This document shows positions 8,276 to 18,221 of a stretch of DNA of 64,000 bases, one piece after another (the stretch's first letter is position 1; each line of letters begins with the position of its first letter). The position numbers and the translations under genes are program-made. A model generated the notes under the pieces. It saw nothing but the letters and a program-made list of their open reading frames with translations. It made no database searches and was not told where the DNA came from. Source of the DNA: Desulfobacterales bacterium (GTDB taxonomy: Bacteria > Desulfobacterota > Desulfobacteria > Desulfobacterales > UBA2174); the NCBI GenBank assembly GCA_963668645.2, contig CAXXWC010000020.1, forward strand, positions 165,586-229,585. The letters are read 5' to 3'.

Positions 8276-11200
8276 ATGCATAGTTTCACCATCAAGCTCC
8301 ACGCCAAAAGCACCCACGACTACGAGCTGCAAAGTTTCGAGGAGGGTAAAACAATACCACTGGACGCTAGACCCTTGTCCATCGAGGCCGTACGGGATTT
8401 TGTCGAACGCATGGAAAACCAGTACAAAACCCCTGGTCTTATACCAAACACACTAGGCAAGGACTTATATCAGTGGCTGCGTGAGATGACCGCGCTGGAC
8501 GAATGGCGGCGGCAATACCGGCAAATCGCCCTGCATATCGACGGTGGTTTACGACAGTTGCCTTGGGAACTACTGCATGATGGGGAAATCTTTTTATGCA
8601 CCAGAGATTTTATTCCGGTGCGCCGCGCCGCAGATTTTCAGCCGCAAAACCACGCGCCGAAAAATCGTCCGTTGCGAGTTTTGTTCATGGCCTCTTCGCC
8701 CACCGATGCGCCACCGGAACTAGATTTTGAGAAAGAAGAGGCACGTATTCTCTATGCCGCCAAGGGCATCGAACTGGTGGTGGAAGAAAGCGGCTCGCTG
8801 GAGGGTTTGCAGCGGGTCATTTCGGATTATCCTGAAAGCTGGTTCGATGTTGTGCATATCACCGGTCATGCCGATGTGGATGAAAGAGAGCCGTTTTTCT
8901 GGTTGGAAGATGATCTAGGTTGCAAGCAAAAAGCCACTGTCGAAGATTTTATTCGAGCCTTTGACGGGCGCTATCCGCGCTTGCTCTTTTTATCGGGCTG
9001 CAAAACAGGACAGCCCAATGCGGGCCTGCCGTCTTTAAGCGAAGCCCTGGCGAGGGCTGGCGTACCCGCGGTGCTGGGCTGGGCTTTGCCGGTGGGCGAT
9101 GTGGCGGCGATCCATGCGGCAGCGGCGTTATACCAACGTCTGGGCAACGGCAAGCGGCTGGATGAAGCGGTGACGAGGGCACGCCAGGCTTTATTGAAAC
9201 GACGTTCGCTTTATTGGCATTTGCTGCGCCTGTACGCCAACGCCGATCCGTTGACTGAACTGGTTACAGCGCCGCGCACCAACGGCCGCGAAAAACTCAA
9301 AGCCAAAGAGGCCGCCACCCATTTTCTGGATGCTGAAACGGGCCGCATGCCAGTGTGCGCCAGGCAAAACTTCGTCGGGCGGCGGCGCCTGCTGCAACGC
9401 GCTTTACGGGTGCTACGCAGTGAACCGGGCGACGCAGGCTACGCACCGGGCATTTTGCTCCACGGCATGGGCGGCCTAGGCAAAAGCAGCTTGGCGGCAC
9501 GAGTGTGCGACCGGCTATCGCCGACGCATCGGCACTGGGTCTGGGTTGGCGGTATCAACGAGGCATCGGTGCTGCGAATGATTACTGAGAAAGCAAGAAA
9601 TCCCGACATCAACGCAGTGCTGGAAGATCTCCGTTTACCCCTGGCGCAACGGCTGACCAAGGTACTGGAAAAACATTTGACCGAGACGCTGTTGTTTGTA
9701 TTCGATGATTTTGAGCATAACGCCGAGTCGGAAGATTGGGGCGAAAAGCATGTTATCCCTTCTACAGATAGCATCCCAGTCCGCGCTACACCCCGTACCC
9801 ACGCCGACGGCACCCTGGTATTACGAAGTGAGGCCGAAACCACCCTGCGTGCCCTTCTGCAAGCCATCCAGGAAAGCCAAAGCGACAGTCGTGTAATTGT
9901 CACCTGCCGCCAAAAACTGGCGAATCTGTCGCTGCATGAAGAAGGACTCTATTCCATGCAAGGAGCGGAATGGGACAAAAAACGCCGCGCTCTGCCCGCC
10001 TTCGCAGAAAACTCCATGGTTCCGGTGGAATTAAGAGAGCAGGCGGAAACCCTGGCAGCGGGCAATCCGCGGCTATTGGAGTGGTTGGACAAGGTACTGG
10101 CGGATCAGGAGACCGACAGCGCTGCTGTGCTTGTGGCAATGATGGGCAAAGCTGCGGAATTCCGTGAAGATACCTTGCTCGATGCCTTGCTCGACCAACT
10201 CCCAGACAGCACCGTGCGTACGCTGGCCTTGCTGGCTTTGTATGAACTACCGGTTCCTGAAGCTGCGCTGAGTGCGCTTGTGCTCCCTATGTTTGTTGAA
10301 GGACTCCCCCGCCTAATCAACCTCGGCCTCGTCGAGCACTGGTGCGTGAATGAGCAAGACTGGTACTTCGCTTCGCCGCTGCTCGCCCCGCTATTGACAA
10401 AGGCGTTAAGCCCGGCCGAACGTAACGCCGCACTGCAAGCCTCCACGCAAACCTTGTACAAGCTGTGGTGGCAGGAAAGCGGCGGGATTAGCGAAATTCA
10501 GTCTTTGGAAATTCGCCGTTTGGCTCACTTGGCCGGGGACCAGAAAATCGCTGCCGACGTCACTAAGTTACTATCTGCCCGCGCGATCAATAACAACCGC
10601 TACCGCGAAGCACAGCACTGGTGCGAGGAAACCTTGAAGTTGGGCGAAGATTACCGCCTGTGGCATCAATTGGCGAGGGCGGAGAAGGTGTTGGGAGAAA
10701 GTGATGTTTTGACTCATTATGAACGAGCCTTAGCTCTTATTCCGTCAATGACGGATGAAACGAACAAAGACACGCTGAAAGAATACGGGGCGTTGATTTA
10801 TGACTATGCCGATTTGCTTGTACAGTTAGGGCAAATCAAAGAAGCAATGAAACTTTATCAAGAGTCCTTATCAATTGATGAAACTTTAAAAGATACTCAA
10901 GGCAAAGCCGCGACGCTTCACAATATGGCGGGTGTCATCGCCCAGCAAGGCGACATTCCCCGCGCCCTGCAACTGTGGAACGAATCCCTGGAACTTCTGG
11001 AAAAAATCGGCGACGTGAAGGGCAAAGCCGCGACGCTATCCATGATGGCGGGTGTCATCGCCCAGCAAGGCGACATTCCCCGCGCCCTGCAACTGTGGAA
11101 CGAATCCCTGGAACTTCTGGAAAAAATCGGCGACGTTCAGGGCAAAGCCGCGACGCTTCACAATATGGCGGGTGTCATCGCCCAGCAAGGCGACATTCCC

Positions 11201-12661
11201 CGCGCCCTGCAACTGTGGAACGAATCCCTGGAACTTCTGGAAAAAATCGGCGACGTGAAGGGCAAAGCCGCGACGCTATCCAATATGGCGGGTGTCATCG
11301 CCCAGCAAGGCGACATTCCCCGCGCCCTGCAACTGTGGAACGAATCCCTGGAACTTCTGGAAAAAATCGGCGACGTGAAGGGCAAAGCCGCGACGTTATT
11401 CATGATGGCGGGTGTCATCGCCCAGCAAGGCGACATTCCCCGCGCCCTGCAACTGTGGAACGAATCCCTGGAACTTCTGGAAAAAATCGGCGACGTGAAG
11501 GGCAAAGCCGCGACGCTTCACAATATGGCGGGTGTCATCGCCCAGCAAGGCGACATTCCCCGCGCCCTGCAACTGTGGAACGAATCCCTGGAACTTCTGG
11601 AAAAAATCGGCGACGTTCAGGGCAAAGCCGCGACGCTTCACAATATGGCGGGTGTCATCGCCCAGCAAGGCGACATTCCCCGCGCCCTGCAACTGTGGAA
11701 CGAATCCCTGGAACTTCTGGAAAAAATCGGCGACGTGAAGGGCAAAGCCGCGACGCTATCCATGATGGCGGGTGTCATCGCCCAGCAAGGCGACATTCCC
11801 CGCGCCCTGCAACTGTGGAACGAATCCCTGGAACTGAAGGAAAAAATCGGCGACGTGAAGGGCAAAGCCGCGACGCTATCCAATATGGCGGGTGTCATCG
11901 CCCAGCAAGGCGACATTCCCCGCGCCCTGCAACTGTGGAACGAATCCCTGGAACTTCTGGAAAAAATCGGCGACGTGAAGGGCAAAGCCGCGACGCTATC
12001 CAATATGGCGGGTGTCATCGCCCAGCAAGGCGACATTCCCCGCGCCCTGCAACTGTGGAACGAATCCCTGGAACTTCTGGAAAAAATCGGCGACGTGAAG
12101 GGCAAAGCCGCGACGCTGGCGAACATGGCTTGGGTGGCGGGGCGTGATAACGATCATTCCCATGCCGCGGTTCTAAACCGTCAAGCTTTGCAAGCTCTGG
12201 TGCAAATATCGGCTTGGCTGGATGTCGTGACGGTATTGGATAATCTGGCAGATTCCGTAGACGACGGCGAAAGCCTGAGTTGCGTAGCCCAAGCCCTATG
12301 GCTGAGTTTGCGAATCGGAGTGCCGGTTGGGCAGGTGTTGAAGCTGTGTGCCGAATTACTACACAAAACCGGCGGAGTGGCAGCCGAACATGCCCCCCTG
12401 ATTGGCGCGGTGGCAATATATGTTGTACAGACGCGCGCCATGGGGCATCCTAAATTGGAAGAACTGAGGCAATACGCGGGTGGCATGTTGGTGGCATGTA
12501 TTATCGGCCAGGGGGTACATGAGGACGGCATACCTCAATGGCTCACGGAACAGGAATTGTTGGATGCGGCTAAACTTTTACCGGCAGTGGATAAATTGTT
12601 GAGTCATTGGGTGACGGAATGGGCTTTCGATAAAAGCCCATTCGCTACGCCCGGACCGTGA
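8276..12661 (+). CDS. CHAT (caspase-like) protease + STAND-type P-loop NTPase + TPR array (NLR-like)
   Basis: CHAT motifs LPWELL, VVHITGH (His) and LFLSGC (Cys); FVGRR, Walker A GMGGLGKS, Walker B FVFDDFE, VIVTCR and GNPRLL; C-terminal 40-aa TPR-like repeats. Confidence 0.9.
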   Translation: MHSFTIKLHAKSTHDYELQSFEEGKTIPLDARPLSIEAVRDFVERMENQYKTPGLIPNTLGKDLYQWLREMTALDEWRRQYRQIALHIDGGLRQLPWELLHDGEIFLCTRDFIPVRRAADFQPQNHAPKNRPLRVLFMASSPTDAPPELDFEKEEARILYAAKGIELVVEESGSLEGLQRVISDYPESWFDVVHITGHADVDEREPFFWLEDDLGCKQKATVEDFIRAFDGRYPRLLFLSGCKTGQPNAGLPSLSEALARAGVPAVLGWALPVGDVAAIHAAAALYQRLGNGKRLDEAVTRARQALLKRRSLYWHLLRLYANADPLTELVTAPRTNGREKLKAKEAATHFLDAETGRMPVCARQNFVGRRRLLQRALRVLRSEPGDAGYAPGILLHGMGGLGKSSLAARVCDRLSPTHRHWVWVGGINEASVLRMITEKARNPDINAVLEDLRLPLAQRLTKVLEKHLTETLLFVFDDFEHNAESEDWGEKHVIPSTDSIPVRATPRTHADGTLVLRSEAETTLRALLQAIQESQSDSRVIVTCRQKLANLSLHEEGLYSMQGAEWDKKRRALPAFAENSMVPVELREQAETLAAGNPRLLEWLDKVLADQETDSAAVLVAMMGKAAEFREDTLLDALLDQLPDSTVRTLALLALYELPVPEAALSALVLPMFVEGLPRLINLGLVEHWCVNEQDWYFASPLLAPLLTKALSPAERNAALQASTQTLYKLWWQESGGISEIQSLEIRRLAHLAGDQKIAADVTKLLSARAINNNRYREAQHWCEETLKLGEDYRLWHQLARAEKVLGESDVLTHYERALALIPSMTDETNKDTLKEYGALIYDYADLLVQLGQIKEAMKLYQESLSIDETLKDTQGKAATLHNMAGVIAQQGDIPRALQLWNESLELLEKIGDVKGKAATLSMMAGVIAQQGDIPRALQLWNESLELLEKIGDVQGKAATLHNMAGVIAQQGDIPRALQLWNESLELLEKIGDVKGKAATLSNMAGVIAQQGDIPRALQLWNESLELLEKIGDVKGKAATLFMMAGVIAQQGDIPRALQLWNESLELLEKIGDVKGKAATLHNMAGVIAQQGDIPRALQLWNESLELLEKIGDVQGKAATLHNMAGVIAQQGDIPRALQLWNESLELLEKIGDVKGKAATLSMMAGVIAQQGDIPRALQLWNESLELKEKIGDVKGKAATLSNMAGVIAQQGDIPRALQLWNESLELLEKIGDVKGKAATLSNMAGVIAQQGDIPRALQLWNESLELLEKIGDVKGKAATLANMAWVAGRDNDHSHAAVLNRQALQALVQISAWLDVVTVLDNLADSVDDGESLSCVAQALWLSLRIGVPVGQVLKLCAELLHKTGGVAAEHAPLIGAVAIYVVQTRAMGHPKLEELRQYAGGMLVACIIGQGVHEDGIPQWLTEQELLDAAKLLPAVDKLLSHWVTEWAFDKSPFATPGP
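10901..12130 (+). repeat. Intragenic tandem repeat: 10 full 120-bp units plus a partial 11th
   Basis: GGCAAAGCCGCGACG recurs at 10901, 11021, ... 12101. Units are identical except at a few codons. Confidence 0.98.
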
Positions 12662-12859
12662 GCGGGCAGAGGAGGATGGGACTGCCAAGACAACCACCTA
12701 ATTCCATCCTATATTGAGCGATTTAAGCGCAAAAAACTCCCACCTCTTAGGAGAAAAGCGGGACACGTCTCTAACTAATAAACATATATTTTGTATTTTT
12801 CAGCTACGATTAATGCGGTTTTTTGAGTATATCAATCAAATTGAGTAAAGGATATCATT

Positions 12860-13043
12860 ATGGTATCGATGAGAAATATTTTATCCATCTATCAACGTCC
12901 TGCGGAAATATTACAGCCGCTGATTCAGTTCGATACCACTAATCCCCGGGAAATGAGTCTGAATGCATCGCCTACATCAATGACCTGTTGACAGAGGCAG
13001 GAGTTGAAACCAACATTCTCTCTGGCACTCCAGGACGTCCTGA
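12860..13043 (+). pseudogene. M20/M25/M40 metallo-hydrolase 5' remnant (frameshifted, truncated)
   Basis: PAEILQPLIQFDTTNP, then after a frameshift near 12945 GNESECIAYINDLLTEAGVETNILSGTPGRP; similarity ends just before rhuM. Confidence 0.7.
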
Positions 13044-13070
13044 GATACAAATCGTGGAAAGGGAAACGGC

Positions 13071-14108
13071 GTGACGCGACCATCCAACAAATCCGAAATC
13101 ATCCTCTACAAAACCGATGATGGTGCGATAAAAATCGACACTGTTTTGCTGGGTGAAACAATCTGGCTTGCCCAGGCACAGATGGCAGAACTCTTTGATG
13201 TGAAAATCCCGGCGATTTCCAAACACTTGAAAAATATATTTGAAAGCGGAGAATTAGACGAAAAAGTGGTTGTTTCCATTTTGGAAAATACCACTCGGCA
13301 CGGGGCCATTGAAGGGAAAACCCAGAAAAAGCAGGTAAAATACTACAACCTCGATGCTATTATCGCCGTGGGCTACCGGGTCAATTCAAAAAGAGCGACT
13401 CAATTCAGGATATGGGCCACCCATATTCTCAAAGAATACATCATCAAAGGTTTTGCCATGAATGATGACCGCCTGAAACAGGCGGACCGGTGGGACTACT
13501 TTGATGAATGGCTGGAACGTATCCGTGACATCAGAGCATCGGAAAAGCGGTTCTACCAGAAAATTCGTGATATTTACGCTACTGCTATAGATTACGATAA
13601 AACTTCAGAACAGGCGCAGGCTTTTTTCAAGAAGGTGCAAAATAAAATGCTCTGGGCCATTACCGGTAAAACCGCGGCCGAAATTATCGAATCACGCAGT
13701 AACCCGGACAAACTCAATATGGGGCTTACCGCATGGCGTGGTTCCATAGTCAGAAAACATGATGTAGGTATTGCCAAGAATTACCTGAAGGCGGATGAAA
13801 TAAAAGACTTGAATGAGATTGTGACGATGTATCTGGATTATGCCGAAAGACAGGCCCGGCAACGGAAAACCGTTACCATGGAACAGTGGTCGGACAAACT
13901 CGATGCCTTTCTGAAATTCAATGAACAGGAATTACTAATCCATGCAGGGAAAGTGAAGGCGGAAGTTGCCAAAAAAATTGTCGAAGACCGGTACGAAGTG
14001 TTTAATGAAAAAAGAAAGATAGCCGAAGCGCGAGCGGCCGACAAAGAAGATTTACGAGCGCTGGAACAATTAGAAAAAAAGTTGCTTGAGAAGCGAGATA
14101 AGGAATAA
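13071..14108 (+). CDS. Virulence RhuM family DNA-binding protein
   Basis: Motifs IWLAQAQMAELF, YYNLDAIIAVGYRVNS, ATQFRIWAT and RIRDIRASEKRFYQK. Confidence 0.92.
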   Translation: MTRPSNKSEIILYKTDDGAIKIDTVLLGETIWLAQAQMAELFDVKIPAISKHLKNIFESGELDEKVVVSILENTTRHGAIEGKTQKKQVKYYNLDAIIAVGYRVNSKRATQFRIWATHILKEYIIKGFAMNDDRLKQADRWDYFDEWLERIRDIRASEKRFYQKIRDIYATAIDYDKTSEQAQAFFKKVQNKMLWAITGKTAAEIIESRSNPDKLNMGLTAWRGSIVRKHDVGIAKNYLKADEIKDLNEIVTMYLDYAERQARQRKTVTMEQWSDKLDAFLKFNEQELLIHAGKVKAEVAKKIVEDRYEVFNEKRKIAEARAADKEDLRALEQLEKKLLEKRDKE

Positions 14109-14136
14109 ATCCTTTTAATGGCGGGAGCATCATCGT

Positions 14137-14997
14137 ATGGTTCCTTACAATCCAAAAAACCAATACAAGGTCCGGGTTATTGATGTGACATACCGGCGTG
14201 ACAAGGACAGGTTCTGGCCCGCGCGCGTCTATCTGCCTGAAGGTCAAGGCCCCTTCCCTGCCCTGCTGGATGTTCATGGCGGCGCCTGGACTCGCGGCGG
14301 CTGCGCTGATGACGAACTCATCGACCGGTCGCTGGCAGCGAGCGGCATGGTCGTTATCGCTATCGAATGCCGAAAGTCACCCAAGTACCTTTACCCTTCG
14401 CAACCGATGGACGTCAATTACGCGACGCGGTGGGCAAAGGCCCATGCGGGCGACTTCAATGTCGTTGCCGGCTGCATCGGCGGTTTTGGTGCGTCCAGCG
14501 GAGGCCATTCGCTGCTGCTCAGTGCCATGCGGCCTGACGATCCCCGCTATGGTGCCCTGGATCTTCCCGAGGCGGAGGGGATGAATGCGCGTCTGTCCTA
14601 TCTGATGGCCGCATGGCCGGTGATCGATCCCTATGCGCGGTATTTCTTTGCCAAAGAGAACCATAACAGCTTTCTGGTTGAGGCCACCGACGCCTATTTT
14701 CTGTCGCGGGACACCATGCAGGAAGGCAATCCGCTTCTCGCCCTGGAGCGAGGCGAGGCCCTCGATCTGCCGCCGGCCATGATCATCCAGGGCACGGACG
14801 ATGCCAATGTGCCCTTGGCTTCAGTGGACCGTTTCGCCGAGGCCTACCGTGTCGCCGGCGGTGCGATGGATATCGCATGGTTCCCCGATATGCCCCACGG
14901 GTTTGCGCTCAAAGCGGGGCCGGAGACAGACAGGGCGCTGGAAATGATGAAGGCATTTATCAGTCGCCAGGCGTCAGGGTATAAATGCGGGTCGTAA
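14137..14997 (+). CDS. Alpha/beta hydrolase (HSL-like esterase)
   Basis: HGGAW oxyanion motif, GASSGG nucleophile elbow, QGTDD and PHGF. Confidence 0.88.
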   Translation: MVPYNPKNQYKVRVIDVTYRRDKDRFWPARVYLPEGQGPFPALLDVHGGAWTRGGCADDELIDRSLAASGMVVIAIECRKSPKYLYPSQPMDVNYATRWAKAHAGDFNVVAGCIGGFGASSGGHSLLLSAMRPDDPRYGALDLPEAEGMNARLSYLMAAWPVIDPYARYFFAKENHNSFLVEATDAYFLSRDTMQEGNPLLALERGEALDLPPAMIIQGTDDANVPLASVDRFAEAYRVAGGAMDIAWFPDMPHGFALKAGPETDRALEMMKAFISRQASGYKCGS

Positions 14998-15019
14998 TGG
15001 CGCACAGATGATCTGATGT

Positions 15020-15554
15020 TTGAATTCAGCGGACGCGGAAAGCCGCGCCAGTCCAAATTGGCAAAAGTCCAGGTTGCCGCGAACCTGGGGGATTTGCATC
15101 GACGGCTTGCCTGCGCGGCCGTTGAGGCGGCCAGGCTTGCAGGGCACAGCCCAGCCTGCCCTGGCTCCTTTGGCAGGCAGGGGTCAGCGCCCAAGGCCCG
15201 GCTGCTGTCGACTTTCATTGCTTCATTGAGCAGGATCCTAACCGCCGCCAGCCCTTCCAAGGCGTTTCCGATTGCCGCTTCCAACATCTTCTCGATTGCC
15301 GTATTCTGTTCGTAGTGGGTCATTTTAGTAGCGGCGTTTTGGTTTTAGCGAGTGTCCGTCCAAAAATGGTGATTTTTGGTTCCTGGCAAGGCCCGAGCGA
15401 GTTTTCAACCGGAGGAATAGCCCGCTATTTCGAGGATTGGAAACGAGGGAGAACGCCGCCGGGGGCCAAAAGGTGCCGTTTATGGATGGGCACTAGCGAA
15501 CCTTTGGAGGACTGATCTGCCCCACCAATTTCAGTCTCTTTCGCGACAGGACCC
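15020..15554 (-). mobile_element. IS256-family remnant (left end plus degraded transposase N-terminus)
   Basis: From ATG 15323: ...LAAVRILLNEAMKVDSSRALGADP, then in a shifted frame KPGRLNGRAGK..MQIPQVRGNLDF. Candidate end GGGTCCTGTCGCGAAAG at 15554-15538. Confidence 0.7.
15351..15494. repeat. 144-bp palindromic MITE-like element
   Basis: Termini AGTGTCCGTCCAAAAATGG and CCGTTTATGGATGGGCACT are imperfect inverted repeats, flanked on both sides by AGCG (15347-15350 and 15495-15498). Confidence 0.65.
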
Positions 15555-15584
15555 AGCAGAACCTGTCGAATTCGAAATCGAAGC

Positions 15585-15745
15585 GTGCCCCTGCATCTGA
15601 CCGCCCTGCCGGGCGAGTTGCGCGAAGTGTTGACCCGGGCCGTCATTGCGTTGGATACGGCGTGTAACCTGGCCCTGGTGGAAAAGGTAAGCCAGCAGGA
15701 CGCTGCTACAGGAGCGGTTTTAAAATGGCTTGCCGAGAATCCGGC
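15585..15745 (+). pseudogene. Orphan 3' tail of a lost hybrid histidine kinase paralog
   Basis: [18 protein letters not shown]...[15 protein letters not shown] matches the C-termini of the two downstream kinases. Confidence 0.75.
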
Positions 15746-15785
15746 AATACGATTGCCCGCTGAACTTTCCGGAAGGAGGAGCCGC

Positions 15786-18137
15786 ATGAATATCAAATCC
15801 TTTCGCAAACTTATTGCCACAAATGAAGAGTGGCTTATGGAAAGGATTCTCGGATATGCCAAGTCGTGGGGGTATGCGCAATACACCTCGACTCTCAGAG
15901 AAGCCTGGAGGCTGTCCATCTCGGGTTTTTCCAAGGCATTACTGGAGTCCACCGAGCATGGCAAACCCGAATTGGAGCTGGGACCGGATGAACAGTTCGT
16001 CGACGATCCCATCGCCGGGTTCGGTATCATCGAAGCCCGCCTCCACCGGGAGCGGGGTGTAAGTCTGGGGATGTTCCTCGGCCTGATGAAATACTACCGG
16101 CAAAGTTACAGGGATCTGATCCGGCAGGCAGCGTTTGATTCATGTATGGAAAACGATTCACTGAACTTGATCGAACGGTTCTTCGACCGGGTGGAGATCG
16201 CCTTTTGCATCGAATGGGCTGAATCTGATCAAAGCAAACTGATCGAGGAGCTGCAGGCCAGAAACCGGCTGATGACCAATGAGAAGAACCGCTACCTTAC
16301 GATTTTTGAGAGTCATCCCCATATGGTCTTTATCCTGGATAAGGATCTGAATCTGCTTAATCTGAACCATGCCGCTGCCAGGCGTTTCATGGCCCAACAG
16401 TCGCCGGGGGCTTACTATTACCGTCCGGGTGTGAAGGAAAAATCAAATGACAGATTTGACAGCGAAGATTTCCGAGGTCCCCGGGCTGAAAAGTTTACCA
16501 CTGAAACGTTGAAGGCCCTGATCCCCTCTCTGGCATACGACCTGAAGGCATTCGTCGATGCAAAAGCCAGCCAAATGAACTTTGAAAGGAAAATCGCCGG
16601 GCAGGGCGAGGATCAATATTTTAGCCTGACGCTCTCAGAATCTCTTGACGTTTCAGAAAAATTCGGCGGGGTTGTGCTGACCATCGAGGACATTACCGAC
16701 AAAAAGTGGGCAACCAAAGAATTGCGCTGCGCCAAGGAGGCTGCCGAGGCGGCCAGCCGGACTAAGAGCGAATTTCTGGCCAACATGAGCCATGAACTGC
16801 GCACGCCGCTCAACGCCATTTTAGGCTACTCCCAGCTGATGCAGCGTGATCCCGAACTCCACGCTGGGCAGCATGAATATCTGAGTACGATCAACCGCAG
16901 CGGCGAACACCTGCTGGCGCTGATCAACGATGTGCTCGAGATTTCCAAGATCGAGGCCAAGCGCATTACCCTGGCCACCAAGATCTTTGATCTTCGCGCC
17001 ATGTTCGGCGACCTTTACGCCATGTTCAAGGTCCAGACCGATGAAAAGCATCTGTTCTTTGATTTCGATGGAACGGACGATCTGCCGCGCCACGTGATTG
17101 CAGACGCCAACAAGTTGCGCCAGATCATGATCAATCTGATTGGCAATGCCGTGAAATTTACGGATAACGGCGGCATTGCCGTGCATGCGGCGATAAAAGA
17201 TGAAACGGACGGGGGGATGCGCCTGGTGGTGGAGGTCGAAGACACCGGTCCGGGCATTTCCGGAGATGAACTCGAAGAAGTATTCCACGCCTTCGAGCAA
17301 ACGGAAACCGGCCGGCAAAGACAGGGCGGAACCGGCCTGGGCCTGACCATCAGCCGGGAGTATGCCCGGCTGATGGATGGCGACATCACCATCGCCAGCC
17401 GCCTGGGTAAAGGCAGCCGCTTCCGGTTCGAATGCAGCCTGCGTTTAGGCCAGGCCGCGGACCTAGAGGAAGAAGCAGGGCCGGATCGGGTGGTCGGCCT
17501 GATCCCGGGCCGGCCGGCTCCCCGCATCCTGGTGGCCGAGGATAAACAGGAAAGCCGCCTGCTGCTGGTAAAGGTGCTTGATCAGGCGGGCTTCAAGGTC
17601 CGGCAGGCGGAAAACGGAAAGGAGGCACTGGCGCTTTTCAAGCAATGGTCGCCGCATTTCATCTGGATGGATATCCGCATGCCGGTGATGGACGGACTGG
17701 AGACCACCCGGCGCATCCGCAAGCTGCCGGGCGGTGATGCGGTCAAAATTGCAGCGCTTACCGCCAGTGTCATGGAAGAAGAGCGCGAATCGGTTCTGTC
17801 CGCGGGGTGCGATGAATTCGTGCGCAAGCCTTATCGGATATCGAAGATCTTCCAGGTGATGGCAAAACATCTCGGGGTTGAATATTATTATGAAAATGAT
17901 GCACCGGTAGGGCCAGCAGAATCCGAAAGCGGACCTCGGACCTTGAAACTGTCCTTACTGCCGGAAGATTTGCGCGAAAAGTTGACCAAGGCTGTGCTCG
18001 AGTTGGACACAGATCGCACCCTATCGCTGGTGCAAGAGATTTCCCGCCAGGATTTTGCCACGGGAGCGGTTTTAAAACAGCTTGCCGAGAACCTGGAGTA
18101 TGACCGCCTGCTGGCTATGCTGGAAGAGGATGTATGA
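15786..18137 (+). CDS. Hybrid sensor histidine kinase (helical N-terminal sensor, PAS, HisKA, HATPase, REC)
   Basis: H-box [31 protein letters not shown] and REC WMDIRMP; RBS AAGGAGG before ATG 15786. Confidence 0.9.
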   Translation: MNIKSFRKLIATNEEWLMERILGYAKSWGYAQYTSTLREAWRLSISGFSKALLESTEHGKPELELGPDEQFVDDPIAGFGIIEARLHRERGVSLGMFLGLMKYYRQSYRDLIRQAAFDSCMENDSLNLIERFFDRVEIAFCIEWAESDQSKLIEELQARNRLMTNEKNRYLTIFESHPHMVFILDKDLNLLNLNHAAARRFMAQQSPGAYYYRPGVKEKSNDRFDSEDFRGPRAEKFTTETLKALIPSLAYDLKAFVDAKASQMNFERKIAGQGEDQYFSLTLSESLDVSEKFGGVVLTIEDITDKKWATKELRCAKEAAEAASRTKSEFLANMSHELRTPLNAILGYSQLMQRDPELHAGQHEYLSTINRSGEHLLALINDVLEISKIEAKRITLATKIFDLRAMFGDLYAMFKVQTDEKHLFFDFDGTDDLPRHVIADANKLRQIMINLIGNAVKFTDNGGIAVHAAIKDETDGGMRLVVEVEDTGPGISGDELEEVFHAFEQTETGRQRQGGTGLGLTISREYARLMDGDITIASRLGKGSRFRFECSLRLGQAADLEEEAGPDRVVGLIPGRPAPRILVAEDKQESRLLLVKVLDQAGFKVRQAENGKEALALFKQWSPHFIWMDIRMPVMDGLETTRRIRKLPGGDAVKIAALTASVMEEERESVLSAGCDEFVRKPYRISKIFQVMAKHLGVEYYYENDAPVGPAESESGPRTLKLSLLPEDLREKLTKAVLELDTDRTLSLVQEISRQDFATGAVLKQLAENLEYDRLLAMLEEDV

Positions 18138-18221
18138 GGAGCGGCGACGTTGCTGGCGTGCCTTTCTCCCCTTGTCGCTGATTATGATGGATTCGGCGGT
18201 CAAGACAGGAAAGAGGGAAGC

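Noticed and set aside
10901..12130. CRISPR array or diversity-generating retroelement
   Set aside because: Units are contiguous in-frame 120-mers with no unique spacers and no cas genes. The variation is not adenine-specific and no reverse transcriptase is in the window.
10975..12147. 390-aa alternative-frame ORF and other repeat-region ORFs
   Set aside because: They are shadows of the repeat: a stop-free frame in one unit is simply copied in every unit.
15585..15785. N-terminal extension of the 850-aa kinase ORF
   Set aside because: It is the tail of another paralog, and a strong RBS marks ATG 15786.
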